Assembly: GCA_963693365.1 (NCBI GenBank)
Contig: CAVNZM010000015.1
Coordinates: forward strand, 620,001 to 684,000
Direction of reading: 5' to 3'
Source: Amoebidium appalachense
Taxonomy: Eukaryota; Protista; Ichthyosporea
DNA length: 64,000 bases
Each line of letters begins with the position of its first letter. Position 1 is the first letter of the stretch. A model generated the notes under the pieces. That model had not been told where the DNA came from. It was given only the letters and a program-made list of their open reading frames with translations, and did no database searches. Of this stretch, positions 1 through 13,991 are shown piece after piece. The position numbers and the translations under genes are program-made.

Positions 1-159
1 AGAGAGTCGGATCACCCAACCTCTACGAAGCATATGTGAGCCTGCCGGAGGGGAGATACATGTACCGATACCTGTGTGGGGAGGAATGGCAATGCGACAG
101 GGGGAGGGAGGTGGTGGAAGATGAAAGTGGGTTGGCGTGTAATGTGTTGCAGTTGTAGC

Positions 160-248
<89 letters not shown>

Positions 249-1071
249 GACACCACAGCCCAATATGAAGGTTGAATAGGAGGGGGAGAATTGGAGGTGT
301 GAATCAGATTAATACTTAACAATGAAGTGCTATTGCGAAGCGACACCATAATTTAGTTACAAAGGCTGGCATGCAAGTTGTAATGTCCATTTAATTTTTG
401 CGCTTGTTTGCTAGCTGGCTGCTCGTTTATTTTCTCCAGAAAACAAACGTATGGTAGTAGGTGATCATCGTTTCCTGGATGAAAGAAGGGAATGGTGTAT
501 GGTATGTAGTGACCCAAGGGTTGTAAAAGACAACGGGGAACGTGTTATATTGCGTAAAACACTGTTACTTAGGAAGTGTAGGGGGTTTTTTTCTTTCTTT
601 CCTTTTTTTCTTTTTTTTTTTTTTTTTTTGGGGGGGGGGGGGGATCCTTTCCCTCCGCTGTCACTCTTGCTATTGGGATGTGGTATAACCGAGCCCCATA
701 ATATTATCCCAAGATTGTAGATTGTATGTCCTTCTAGTGTGTGAGATGCAAAGTATTGGTATATCACAACCTCGTACATGTATGCATATGAATGGACCGT
801 TTTTTATTTTTCCGAAAGAACCGCAAGCAGGCTGTATAATCGAATGAGTGTATGGATAGTAACATCAGATACATCACCATTAATTTACCGGGGAGCCTGT
901 GGTTTTCCCATAACAGAATGAATAATATCTCGCAATACAGTTACAAAACATATGCTTGGATGTTGTCAAAATTCGTCCCTGATTCGAGCACCCATGCATG
1001 CCCCCCCTTGAGATTGGGCTCCATTCAAGTGTCTTCTTACCTGCACGTCCCCCCCCCCCCTCCCCCCCCCC

Positions 1072-1121
<50 letters not shown>

Positions 1122-1458
1122 TCTTCCCCTCCGTGGCAACCTAAACCAACAAAACAATCTGTCGTCAGGAAAATAATTCATCGGTTTGCAGAATAATTCT
1201 ATATTTATATTTGCGAACAGTTCTGCTGAAGGCGTAATAATTTTACCTTTTGCAGAGTAATTCTGCCGCTTGCAGAATATTTCATGATCAGCCTCCAACA
1301 AGTTCTATGGTTATGATTCTCAGCGGCTCATGTGGCTGGGCCCTCAGATATGACTACCTTTTTTTATAGTGCATAGATACTGATATATGTAGTCGATAAA
1401 GATACCTCATTGCTGCCGCGGGGCCGCCAGTGCCACCTGCCCATGCACAGAGAGCCTT

Positions 1459-1627
<169 letters not shown>

Positions 1628-2062
1628 GGGCTCGCACGTGCACACCACCACCACCAAAGGGTCACTGATAGATCAGCAGAACTTGCTCCCGGTAGTATTA
1701 TCCTTAATATGAAACACAGAAACATCCAAAAAGGCAGAAATATCCTGTTCTGAAAAGAATCATTCCTAAGTTGAGCAGAACACAAATGAGCTGGGGTAGC
1801 TCTGCCGACGAGCAAATTTTTCTGCTTTTTGCAGAATAACTTTGTAAAGTGCAAATTCTTCTGGGGTTTTTCAGAATAACTCGCGATCGACTGGAGGCAA
1901 GAGAATTATTCTGCTTTGCTGAAATATTCCACTAACTTAGCAAGTTAATTGCTATCTGCTGATGTGGTTGGGCCATCCCAATTGCAACGGTAACGCCCAC
2001 ACACACTGGCACCTACTATCGATATCACCACCCACTCCACCTCACTGCTACCTATCAACCTA

Positions 2063-2102
<40 letters not shown>

Positions 2103-3045
2103 CGTCCCCCCTTTCCCTCCTGGGCCTCGCTCATACTATGGCATACATGTACACTACGCGCACGTGTACAGTCAACAGACGGAGGTTTTTTTGATAAGAA
2201 TTTTATTTAGACCGGTGCATCTGGCATGTACAGTACAGGGCTAAGAGTGGATACATAGTACAGTTGCCATGCTACACAACGAGATAGTCGCCGAGATAGC
2301 TTCATCAAATATCCAACGAGATATACCAAATACGAAAATTAAACTGAGTAGGACTTCTGAAAACTGTACATATTAGCAGGTCTGTTCATACATGCCGTAT
2401 ATTGGAAAGGTTCCTCAGTATGAGTCTCTCTCCACTCTCTAACTATCTATATGCCACTCTGCGGCTATGTGCGACGGAATAAATCAGATGGATTCTTCTT
2501 TTTTCTTTCAGACCTGTAATTTCTTTTATCTTTTTTTATCTCTTTTTTCTTCTCTACTTTTCTCTCTCTCTCTCTCTCTCTCTCTCGACTCTCTCTCATC
2601 AGATGGGTTAAAGATAAGAATACGTCCTTTGGTCACACAGAAGTAGATCAGAACTTTCCACGAAAGTGCAGTGCTTTCACAACATTTTTTCATAAGGATC
2701 CAACAAACCACAACTCCATGCAGCACCATCATGTTTGTTTTTTCGTACCGAACCACAAGTTAAAACTTGAAGTGGCTTGCACCAGCTCATAAGATAGCTC
2801 TCATACAATCCCTGGATCTAGGCAAAACGATGAAAAAGTTCATGTGATTATAAGGCGGCGAGAGTGCCAAGTCATGCCAGAGCTGGCGCCTTGCAGAAAA
2901 ACATTCATCTGGTTAAGAATTTTGCTCAAGTCAAACCGCACCATACACAACGTGTAACAGCAACAATCTCTTCGTGGCGCAGACTTCCATCGCATACATG
3001 GGCCCATTGACCAAGTTCCCAGGAGAAGCTAGCAAGTTGAAATCT

Positions 3046-3801
3046 CTAGCAACCTTTCAATCGCAAAAGCATGTGAAGGGGTGCTCTCTTTCTGAACACC
3101 GCACTCTCGCAATGAGCGATGGTCCTCCAGCTGCCGCCCAGCAAAGATAAAGCGTTGCTGGTCGGGATCAATTCCCTCTCGTTCTTCAAGGATGTGCTTG
3201 ATGCAGACAACGGAGGTTTGTTCCAGCACGTCCAAGGTAGTTGTCTTCTCATTCACCTTCGTGATATAAATCTGAAACGTACCGGGGGGTCGGCGCGTGA
3301 GCGTACGAAACTCAGCCTCTATAGCAGGGTCGGGCTGAGCGGGGACTGTGTTTGTGGTGGCTACCCCTGTGTCATCATCCCACACAGCCTGGGGGGGGGG
3401 TGGTCCCAAAAACACTTTCGTAGCGTTTCATCACCGAGCGGGTCGTGGCCGATCTGCCAGCCACCCCCACACAGCACCGAACACAGGGTGGTGTAGGCAG
3501 GATGGAAGAGCAACATGGCGTGCCAGACCTGGTCTACACGTTTGGAGGGAGAAAGCTCAGTTGCGTCAAAGTCCTTTGCGAGGGTTTTGAGCAAAAGGAA
3601 GCGCGCCGTTTCGTTGAGAAGCAGCCGGGCATCTTCGGCAGTGGCAACAGCACCTTGGCGGTGGAGGATACGGGCAAGGCAGTCCCAGCGGAAGGCAGTG
3701 GTTAGGCGGGTGGCAAGGCGCACAACTTCTTCATTCCCTCCTCCCGCCACTTTCTTGGCGTTGAGCCACACGAGGCCATCTGGGAAGACTTCGCTTGCCA
3801 T
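3046..3801 (-). pseudogene. Intronless GRDP/DUF1399-like domain + C-terminal ubiquitin-like domain, three frameshifts (pseudogene or assembly errors)
   Basis: ATG at 3801: MASEVF...RFLLLK...LSPSKRVDQVWHAMLLFHPAYTTLC...IGHDP (PS..VD..WH..L...Y...C...H pattern of glycine-rich-domain-like proteins). Another frame gives [12 protein letters not shown], then QAVWDDD...[17 protein letters not shown]...[41 protein letters not shown], then [10 protein letters not shown] (TAG 3046-3048). Breaks at ~3430, the G10 run 3391-3400 and the G4 run 3078-3081. Confidence 0.75.
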
Positions 3802-4895
3802 GTTGTGGAGGTTACTAACTCGCCTGGGCACTTAGTGTGAATGCGCTGAAAAACGCCGTGAGTGCATGCGCATGCAGCCGATCAAGCAAGCAACGAACGC
3901 TGTTTCGTTAGTTTTGCTCTATTACTGTAGTTGCTGCTTGTTCGTTCGTGCTTACAAATAAAGACGTTCCAGAATTAGTTTGTTATAATGCAGAAGTGTA
4001 AGAGAAAGCATAAAAAGGCACCTATAAAAGTATAAACCCACTGGCTATATTACCTACAGATCTCAACTCTACTCAAGCATCATCGCATAAATGAGCATGA
4101 AGTTGTGTGCCATCTTCAACATGTAACATCTCGTGTAACTCATGTAAGGCTAGAGCGACAAGTAAATCAGGAGTGCACTGATTCCCGAGGTTACGCCTTG
4201 ACGATCTTATACTCGAGCAAGCAAATCCGCTAAAAACATCCAGATATTGAATTTATGACTTTAGACAGCTGGCGGTGTATTTGGCCAACAACTGTACCAA
4301 GCTCGGAATTTTGGCCGGGCCCGTTGGGATTGTTTTTTTAGCTCAGATTTGGTCTGCATTGCTCTTTTAGAGGCTGACTTGCTTGCTGTGCCTCGATAGG
4401 TTTTGAGGGGGGCCTGTTGGGAAGGAGCCGTAATGATGTCTTCTTGCAGAGTGTGGTCTGGTTAACATCGATGCATATGACTAGTTGGAGCAAACTAGTT
4501 TCACGCATCCACGTACACTTACGGTTTTGCCCGCTGGTGTCCTTTGTCACTTGTCGCTTTATTTTTATTTCGTAGCTTTGGCTTTTTCAGTTCTATTGGT
4601 GGTTATGTAGCCTGTGGCTGCACGTTGCCTTCATCAACGGATCAATAAACCCAAGTCAAAAGAATTTTATTATCATTGTTCATCTTTGGCATGGACGGAT
4701 CCTTTTTCACGTCACTTTTTAAATTTTTCCTTTCTTCTCTTTTACTGTTTTTGTTTTCTGACTAAATCATACCCATTTCCTTTGCTTCTCAAAACATATT
4801 ACATAAAGCTTACACGGCTGGTGTGTGAACAGGCGTTATATTCGATATGATATCGTGCATTGCAGAGATTCAAGGTCCCTCCCACACCATTTAAC

Positions 4896-7208
4896 ATGGG
4901 AGACATCAAGAAAGATGTTGCCTTGGTTCCGGACACCCACTCAGGCACCCAAGGTATGTTTTAGGCCCCACTCGCTCGGCCTAGCAGCAGTGCGTTTCCT
5001 GTAGGGATTGAAAGAAGTATGGCTGGGTGTATGGCTGGGTGGCTTTCAATCATTCTTGCTTTCATGTTGTGTGGATAAAGCGTCTCTGCTGGCTTCAACG
5101 GCCTTGTGCACCAATTCTATCAGTTTGTTCTTCGTTGGTTGAAGGAATGCTTGGCATCAGGACTGGGTTTTTGGCACGTCTCTCCCTCTCTTTTTCCCAC
5201 CCTCCCTCTCTACTCCTTTCTCCCCCCCCCCCCCCCCCCCCCCCCCTCCCTCCCTCCCTCCCTCCCTCCCTCCCTCCCTCCCTCCCTCCCTCCCTCCTTC
5301 CCTCCCTCCCTCCCTCCCTCTCTCTTCCTCTCTCTCGCCCTCACACACTCAACTGCTTACTATGCACACTCCTTATGTATGGTTTGCACCCTGCATCGTG
5401 TTATCCGTTGTTCGTGTGTACTTGTACTTAATGACGCTCTCAACCCCCCCTCCCCCCCCCCAACTCCTCCCAACCGCTCTTCCCCCTCTATTGCCCTCTC
5501 TTTCTCTCGCATTCTTACTCCCTCCCTCCCCCTGTCTCTGTAGCCCTCCCTCCCTCTTTCCCTCAACTTCTCCACAGTCTGTCACTCCTCCCCCCCCCCC
5601 TCCCCCCCTCTCCCCTCGACCTTTGCCTCCCACCCCCAACTCATTCTGTAGCCCCTCCCTCCCTCCCTCAATGCCTTAATCCAGTGATCTCTACCATTTC
5701 ACCCGTCACTTGTCACTGACTCCTTTTACACACAGATGCCCAGCTACTCCGCCTTCCCAAAGAGCTTCTCTTCAAGATGTTGCGCTATTTGCCCCTCTCC
5801 AGCCGTTTGTCGTTTTCCCTCGTGTCCAGTCGATGTTGCGCTCTAGCACGGTCCCCCCAGGCAGGCTTAATCGCAATATCCGCTTTCCCACCACTACTTC
5901 GCAGAAAGGATGACAACATATGGCGGAAAACGGGAAGTGAATCAGGGGAGGAAGGCGGAGAAAACCAATCGGGGAAGGCGGAGAAAACGAATCGAGGGAG
6001 GAAGGCGGAGGAAACGAATCGAGGGAGGAAGGCGGAGAAAACGAATCTGGGGAAGAAAACGAAGAAAACGAATCGGGGGAGGAAAGCGAAGAAAACGAAT
6101 CGGGGGAGGAGGGCAAAGGAAGTTATTGGAAGATGGAAGACGAAGATGATGAATGGGGGCAAGAGGGTGGGGAGAATGAGGAATGGGAGGAGGAGGAGGA
6201 GGAAGAGGAGGAATGCGGGGAGAAAGACGGAGAGAAAAAATGGGGACTCTGGGAGAACGAAGATGATGAATGGGGAGAGGAGGGGGAGGAGGAGGAAGAG
6301 GGTCAGGATGAGGACAGTTCTATAGGATGCTGCAATGTGAGCGAAATAAAACCCTGGCATCAGGCCGTCGGAGCAGTCAAAATCGATTTTGGCTTCGAAT
6401 TGAGTTGGAGGAAGGGGACACAACAAAGTCGCCTACTCGAGTTTTGCCGGGATATCGCCATCCTTCCTAACGTGGAAACGCTGAGAATGTTGCCGGACTT
6501 TTTTGCCTGCGAAGGACAGGATTTCTTCGGTGATGTTATGGATGCTGCTCTAAGTTCGGTCGGGGGTAGACTAAAATCCGTCGTTCTCGCCAAATTTTCG
6601 TCCTCGCGGGATTTACCAGCGAAATTCCTAACAACGGTTTTGAGAGTGTGTCCCCTTTTGGAAAGTCTGTGTGTTGAGAGTTCCTTTCTTTCTCTATTTA
6701 CGAGCTCAAAAAAACCCATCAAGTCGATCGCGAGGCACAACCCAAATTTACGGAAATTTTCGTTCGAATTACGGAAGCTTCAGGACTACATGGCCAAGTT
6801 GCCGGTGATACATCGGCTGTTTCCAAATTTTCAAAAAATTTTCAAAAAATTTCCAAAAAAATGTTTCCAAATGACCTCGTCACACTTGGGAATGTGCCCA
6901 TGCACGCACCACGTTTAAAGGTGGTATGCATAAGCAAATGCCCCAAACTGGCCGATATCAGTGCGCTAGCGGTCCCACACTCTCTCTTGATCTCTTTTTA
7001 ACCAATATGAATGGTGAAATTAATCCCTTCCCTCCTCTTCCCCCCCCCCCCCCCCCCCCCCCCCCCTTCTCTCTCTAACCATCATAGATTAGATCTTCCC
7101 CTCCCCCCCCCCTCCCCCTCCTTTTATGTCCTTTCACCGAACAGCAGGCTTGCACACGGAGATGTATGCATGCACAAATGCATGTGTACAATCAACATTC
7201 CACACACA

Positions 7209-7279
<71 letters not shown>

Positions 7280-7345
7280 TTAATCACACACACAGACGCA
7301 CACACGACGTACGCGCGCGGGCACACATGACACACACACACACAG

Positions 7346-7444
<99 letters not shown>

Positions 7445-7630
7445 GCACACGCACACGCACACGCACGCACGCACAGATACACACACCTATGTGCCCTCCA
7501 GGACCCTATCAACACCTCTCTCACCCACCCTTTCAATCCCACAGACACACCTATGCCCACCACCCCCACCTGCGTACGAGGTGTCGATGCTGCAGCAAAG
7601 CTGTGGCTGCATTTTGATATATTTTTAAAT
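4896..7630 (+). CDS. F-box protein with acidic repeat insert and LRR-like C-terminal region (spliced; 3' end uncertain)
   Basis: Exon 4896-4953 (MGDIKKDVALVPDTHSGTQ, GT donor) joins in phase to an acceptor at 5736: DAQLLRLPKELLFKMLRYLPLSSRLSFSLVSSRCCALAR, an F-box consensus. Then an E/G-rich tract and LRR-like segments (LPNVETLRM, GRLKSVVL, CPLLESLCV, NPNLRKFSF, APRLKVVCISKCPKLADISAL). Needs 1-nt fixes at G4 5971-5974 and the A run ~6855-6861. A probable last exon starts ~7502. Confidence 0.7.
5353..5443 (+). mobile_element. 3' fragment of the same short element
   Basis: ATGCACACTCCTTATGTATGGTTTGCACCCTGCATCGTGTTATCCGTT..AATGACGCTCTCAAC followed by a C-tract; nearly colinear with 47575-47660. 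Confidence 0.7.
5935..6113 (+). repeat. Coding 27-bp tandem repeat (~6 units, EEGGENES[RG])
   Basis: Units such as gaggaaggcggagaaaacgaatcgagg repeat with a 27-nt period inside the F-box gene. Confidence 0.85.
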
Positions 7631-8019
7631 TTTCAACTTAAATTGTAGTTGGGGCGTTCGACACGATGGCGGTGTGAGGACGAATTTGGAGCTTAGAGTT
7701 TTGATTTAGTAAACGTGCGGATAAGTAGATATGTCGGGGAAATGATTTCTTAGAAGCTACATTTTACATTATTTAAGTCGCAGTTGTCATGTAATAATTC
7801 AGGCAGTCGGAGTCTTCATATCATTGTTGGTATCGGGAAACTCATATCATGTATAGATCTTATCTAGGAGGGCTCGTATCAAAGTCCTTATGTCATGTCT
7901 TCGAATATCTGGTTCCTTCGTTGGTGTGCTTTGGTGTCATAGTGTTTTTGCTATGTATATGCCCACACACACAAAAACAGATTCACCCACATATGCACAC
8001 ATACATCCACGCACGTGCA

Positions 8020-8079
<60 letters not shown>

Positions 8080-8572
8080 GTACATACACACACATACACA
8101 CACACACACACCCACACCCACACCCACACACATATACACACCGTACACACACACACACGCACACACACACACACACCGTACACACACACACACACACACA
8201 ATAGATCATTAGCAAGGACCCATGTCTCAACATTTTGCTCGCTTGATTGGCATACCATATTAGGAAAGTGTTTAATTATGCCAGGTTATTTCCAGCGATA
8301 GGAACAGTTTTTTCATAAATAAATATTCATATTATTATTCAAAGAAACTGACTAAATGTGCACCTTAAGCCTTAAAAATGAAAAGTATTCATGTCGACGT
8401 GCGTCACCCACTTGCAGGTCAAGATGGGCACATTAATAATATCAGCAAAATTTCATATGCATTGGATCGAGGCCTGGGCGCAAGAATTCAAGTCGGGGAA
8501 GATGTGGTTGCTTTTAATTAATGCCATATCACGGCCATGTTAAAGCACCGGCAGCGCTAGCCACGGATGCTT

Positions 8573-8611
<39 letters not shown>

Positions 8612-8637
8612 ACCACCACCACCACCACCAACACCAC

Positions 8638-8670
<33 letters not shown>

Positions 8671-9410
8671 GACAGAAAGAAAAAGAGTTCATTATAAAAT
8701 ATTTACTTTCACCCGGCCCTGAATCCAGCTAATTAGATTAAATTATATGATGGACTAATCTATTTATAGTTTGCCCACACACAAAAAAGGGAACATGAAT
8801 TTAAAAAAGGCATAATACACACCATTCTACTTAGGAACACAAAAGGTGTCAATTTATTTGTGGGCGAAACGACAAGTACATCGATATCATGGCGTTTTAT
8901 TGGGATAAACAAAGACATTATCGTATTACTAATTTGTATCGAAATCAGTTATTCTGTAGTCAAAAAACTTCTCCTGTTTGGATTTTACGGGAATACGTGG
9001 TGGCATACTCGACACAGTACTATGAATTTGTCTTTCCGGAGTCTAAGGGAAAAAAAAAAAAAAAAAAAAAAGAAAGAAAGAAAGAAAGAGAGAAGGAAAG
9101 AAAGAAAGCCCGCTCAAGACAAACAACAGGTAACATGCCAGCACTGGCCATGCAAAAATGGACTGAAGTTCAGAATATCCCACCACCACCTCAATATATC
9201 CAACAACCAAGTTCATATTATATCACACAGCGTTCCAACCTTGGTATGCCTCACACCCAAACTCACTCCATACATCATCGGTTTTACAATCCACCCTATC
9301 ACATCATGGGCATAACAACCAAAACAGGTAACACTACCACATGTAATATTTCGTATGGACGGAACAACACACATCCCTATTGGAACCAGATAACCACATA
9401 GTATATCCCG

Positions 9411-9653
9411 TCAATTTTCATCGTCGTATATCTCCAGCAAATCCTCCACACCCGGGTTTCTGCAGAGCAACGTGACATTCTTGATGTCGTTTTTCACTCC
9501 GAATAGCTGATCCCAAACAAGAGCTCTCAGCTGCAAGACGTCCATTAGCACGCCTGCCCCCTCCCCCTCCCCCCCCTTGTTACCATATTTCGGCTAAATT
9601 TCCCCACCCAATGTTGTTACACATGTCACACATTATCCTTTCACGATCCCCAT

Positions 9654-9693
<40 letters not shown>

Positions 9694-9700
9694 CCCCCCC

Positions 9701-9734
<34 letters not shown>

Positions 9735-10119
9735 TCTCTCTCCTTCCCCGGGGCCCACCACCACCACCACCACCACCACCACCACCACAAAAAAAAAAAA
9801 CGACGGTCGTTGACGATACTTATGGCCACTCAGAAATGTTTTCAATCAAGGACGAAATTTCGAAGGCTGGACAGGCATGCGATCAATCCCTTCAGACCCT
9901 TAGAACAATTTGTGTAGTCAAAGCATCCCCGAATCACAGTTGATATTTATTTTTTAATTTTTGACTTACGTAAATTAAACCCCCCCACCCCCATACGTAC
10001 CATGAATGTGCAAGATACCACGTCACCGGGAAGGACTGGACGGATGGTTGGAGGGAGCGGTTTTGATTGGCTGTCGTAGACGGGCACGTGCAGACGAACA
10101 AGCTTGAATACATCGTAGA

Positions 10120-10211
<92 letters not shown>

Positions 10212-10764
10212 TGTGGTGGTGACGGAGGAAGGGGGAGGGTGGGGGGAGGTTGTCTAAGTGTATCCAAGTGCACGCGCTTGCGTGCATGTCTGTCTGTGCC
10301 TGTGTGAGTGTGAGTTTGTGTGCGAAGCAAAAGGTGCACACACACACTTTGCATTTATGTGTGCCTGCGTGTGATGTTTGTCTGCATAAGGCACCAAGCA
10401 TATGGCACACACCACAGTTTCGCGTGGGCAAAAAAAAAAAAAAAAAAACCCAAAACAGTCTTTTTCAAACCTCACTAAGCACCTTTGCAAGTTGGGGTGC
10501 AGACGTGCAATTCTACATCTGGTAACAGAGAGGGAGCGCGCGCGCGTGTGTGTGTGTGTGCTTGTGTGTGTGTCTTCATTGCGAGCTCAAGTAATGCAGC
10601 AGGGAAGGGCCGGCAGACAGGTGGGGAGGGGGGAGAGGGGGAGGGGGGGACACACCTCCTGATCCCATTCAGAGTAGAACTTCTTGGGAGGGTTTTTGGC
10701 TTTGTAGAACATTCGAGTGGAGGCTGCAATGTACTCGGTGCCGCTCATGGGCTGGTCTGTGTGT

Positions 10765-10802
<38 letters not shown>

Positions 10803-11342
10803 CCGGGGTGAGGGGGAGGGGGGGGGGGGGGGGGGGGGGGAAGGGGAGGGGCAATAACTTGAAGTGAGGCCCTAAGGAAGTAAGAGGGGGGGGGGAGGGG
10901 CAGGAGGGGAGGATGAATAGGACGGCATGGGGGGCATACGGGGGGGGGGGGGGGGGGGGGGGGGGGTAGTTGACCTTCATAAAGGAAGGGGAGGAGAGAC
11001 GAAGGAGGAGGGGGGGAAAGAGAGGGAGAGGGGGGGGGGGGGGGGGGGGGGGGGGGAGAAGGGAGGGACACACACACACAAACACACACACACACACACA
11101 TTCGCCCACCCACCCACAGAGAGGTGAGAGAAAGTGTCTCCCCCCCCCACCTCCCCCGGCGCTCACTCCCCCCGTCCCCAATCTAAATGTCACCAAGAGT
11201 AAAAGGAAAACCCTTACCTTAGCTAAAAACGAGAACAAGAGAGACCCCCCCCCCCCCCCCCCCCCCCCCACCCCAACGGTCGCGGTGTAGGAAACCAGAA
11301 GCCCTTTTCTTTTCTTTTCTTTCTTTCTTTTTTTTTTGGGCG

Positions 11343-11382
<40 letters not shown>

Positions 11383-11469
11383 CAAGGACCTTCGATCCTG
11401 ATAGTGCGTACGACTGGTAGAGCATCTGCCGTGAGAAGATCATAGAGGGTCTGAGGGTCAGCCTTGTCG

Positions 11470-11541
<72 letters not shown>

Positions 11542-11744
11542 ACGTGTGTTTGAGGGAAGAGGTTAACAAAACTATAGGGCACTCAAACCCCCCCCCCCCC
11601 CCCTCCTTCACCCGGCCGGTCCATCAAATAATACAAAAATAATAACAGAAAAAATCAAAGAAAAACGTGCATTCTGTCTTCCACTTCCCAGCTTCCAAGT
11701 CCGTAAGCTGAATCATTTCTTCATCCAGCCGCCTTTATGCTATA

Positions 11745-11775
<31 letters not shown>

Positions 11776-12293
11776 AAGACCCTTGCAACAAAAAAATAAG
11801 GTCACACTCGGAAAACAGTAAAGCCATTGGTCTAGATAACATTGTTTCATGCCGAAGGGGGGGGGGGGGGGGGGGGGGGCAAAAGTCATACCTGGTATTT
11901 TGCCTCGAGCTTGGGAAAGGCGTCCAGGTGATCGTGCACAAATTGAACGAATTTTTGGTTGATTTCCAGCATCCAATCAAAGTACCTGCATAAAAAAGGT
12001 TGTATTAGTTCCTGGAATTAAGTGAAATATATTATGTGTGTGGGCACTACGTGCTAAGCCATCCCTCCTTCTCTCTCTTTCTCCCCCCCCCCCCCCCCCC
12101 CCTTCTACCCCTCCACACGCATTTGTGTGTGCGTGTGTGGATGAGAGTGATAGAGGGTGTCTGCTTGTGTCTATGTGAAAGCAAACACCTTTTGCAGACA
12201 AGGGGGGAGTGGGGGGTGGGGAGTGGGAGGGAAAGGGTGCAAGAGAAAGAGAAAAACAGACAAAGACAGACTGACAAGGAGATGCCCCCTCCT

Positions 12294-12392
<99 letters not shown>

Positions 12393-12492
12393 ACACACAC
12401 GTACATGAGCAGGTCCTTGTTTCCAGCCTCCTCCTCATGTCTGCCCGTCACACACAGACTCACCGTCTGCTCCACCTAATTGTCAGCATATA

Positions 12493-12523
<31 letters not shown>

Positions 12524-12527
12524 AAAC

Positions 12528-12558
<31 letters not shown>

Positions 12559-12861
12559 CCCCTCTCTCCTCCTGCCCCCGCACCCTCTCCCAATGACACC
12601 TGACATTCTTCACCGGAAAAAACAAACACAGTGTGATTGCGGAAATGAGAGAGGATAAAAGAAAACGTTGCGCCCCCAAAATTCGTGCCTTATGCTGGAA
12701 TGGTTCCTTGCTTGACTATGTTGGACGTGTGTATCAAAAAAGTAGTGTTTGCTTTTGTGTGTGTGTGTATGTGTGTGTGTGTTTAAGGGATTGATTGATT
12801 GATTGATGAAATGAGTGAGTGAGTGGGCTGTAAGGGTTTTTCTTTTTCTTTTTTCTCTTTT

Positions 12862-12923
<62 letters not shown>

Positions 12924-13048
12924 GTGTGTGTGTGTGTGTGTGTGTGTGAGTGTGAGTGTTGTATGTGTGCGCATGAGATAGAGATAGAGAGAGAGAGAGA
13001 GAGAGAGAGGGGTAGAAGACGAGTGAGCGTGTGGTTTGTTTCCAGAGA

Positions 13049-13079
<31 letters not shown>

Positions 13080-13155
13080 AACTGTGCGAAGCTCAGATGG
13101 CGTCTTTTTCGACTTGCCCGTGCTGTAGTTTTTCTCCCCAAGATCCCCTGTGTAG

Positions 13156-13196
<41 letters not shown>

Positions 13197-13425
13197 ACAT
13201 GCGTGCATGCACATGTGTCGAAAGTAAGTTAGAGAACAAGTTACATCGAAAAAAAAAAATGCTTAGGCGAGCAGCCGGAAGAAAAGGAAGAAAAAGAAGA
13301 AGAGGAAAAGAAACAGAGAAACACATCTCCGTGTAGGTTTGATAGCGTCAAAACGACTGCTCCTTGTATAGTCCTGTCACAGTCTGACCTCTTGATAATC
13401 CCCCCCCCCCCCCCCCCCCCCCCTT

Positions 13426-13456
<31 letters not shown>

Positions 13457-13940
13457 CACTCAATTGGCAGAGATTGGCACATGGCATGAAATAAAATAGA
13501 GACATGAAACGAAGAATTTTTAAATCATGATAAAATGTTAACAATTAAACAAAAGATAATACAACGGCATTGTTCTGTAAGGTATTTCTTCCTTTACCTC
13601 CTCTTTCAGTTCATTTCCCCCGTTCCCTCTTTCCTTCTTCCCTGTCACTTTTTATTGCGCTTCCACATTCTTCCTGTCTTTTGTTCCTTCCATTCTTCTA
13701 GCTTTTCTCAAAGAATCCCCCCCCCCCCCCCCCCCCCCCTTCTTTCTTCCTTCTTCTTCTTCTTTTTTTTTTTTTTTTTTTTTTGGGGGGGGGGGGGGGA
13801 GGGGGGGGTCATACCCAGTTTTGCCTTACTGACCGTTGCCCATGGAACAACGTGTTCCAGCCCATTCTTTTGCACCTTGTCTTGGTAGAGGAGGACGGGG
13901 AAGAACGTCCCCGTGCCGTCTGTGCGCTGTGTGCGTGTCT

Positions 13941-13991
<51 letters not shown>

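Noticed and set aside
4262-4560. Possible small spliced minus-strand gene (GTAAGT donor ~4521, acceptor ~4460)
   Set aside because: No recognisable product or start; insufficient support.
5785-6426. Hydrophobic 213-aa minus-strand ORF
   Set aside because: Antisense of the purine-rich acidic repeat in the F-box gene.
9820-9898. Genome-wide TGA reassignment
   Set aside because: Trp is encoded by TGG throughout the conserved exons, no other exon needs TGA read-through, and this gene itself appears to end in TGA.
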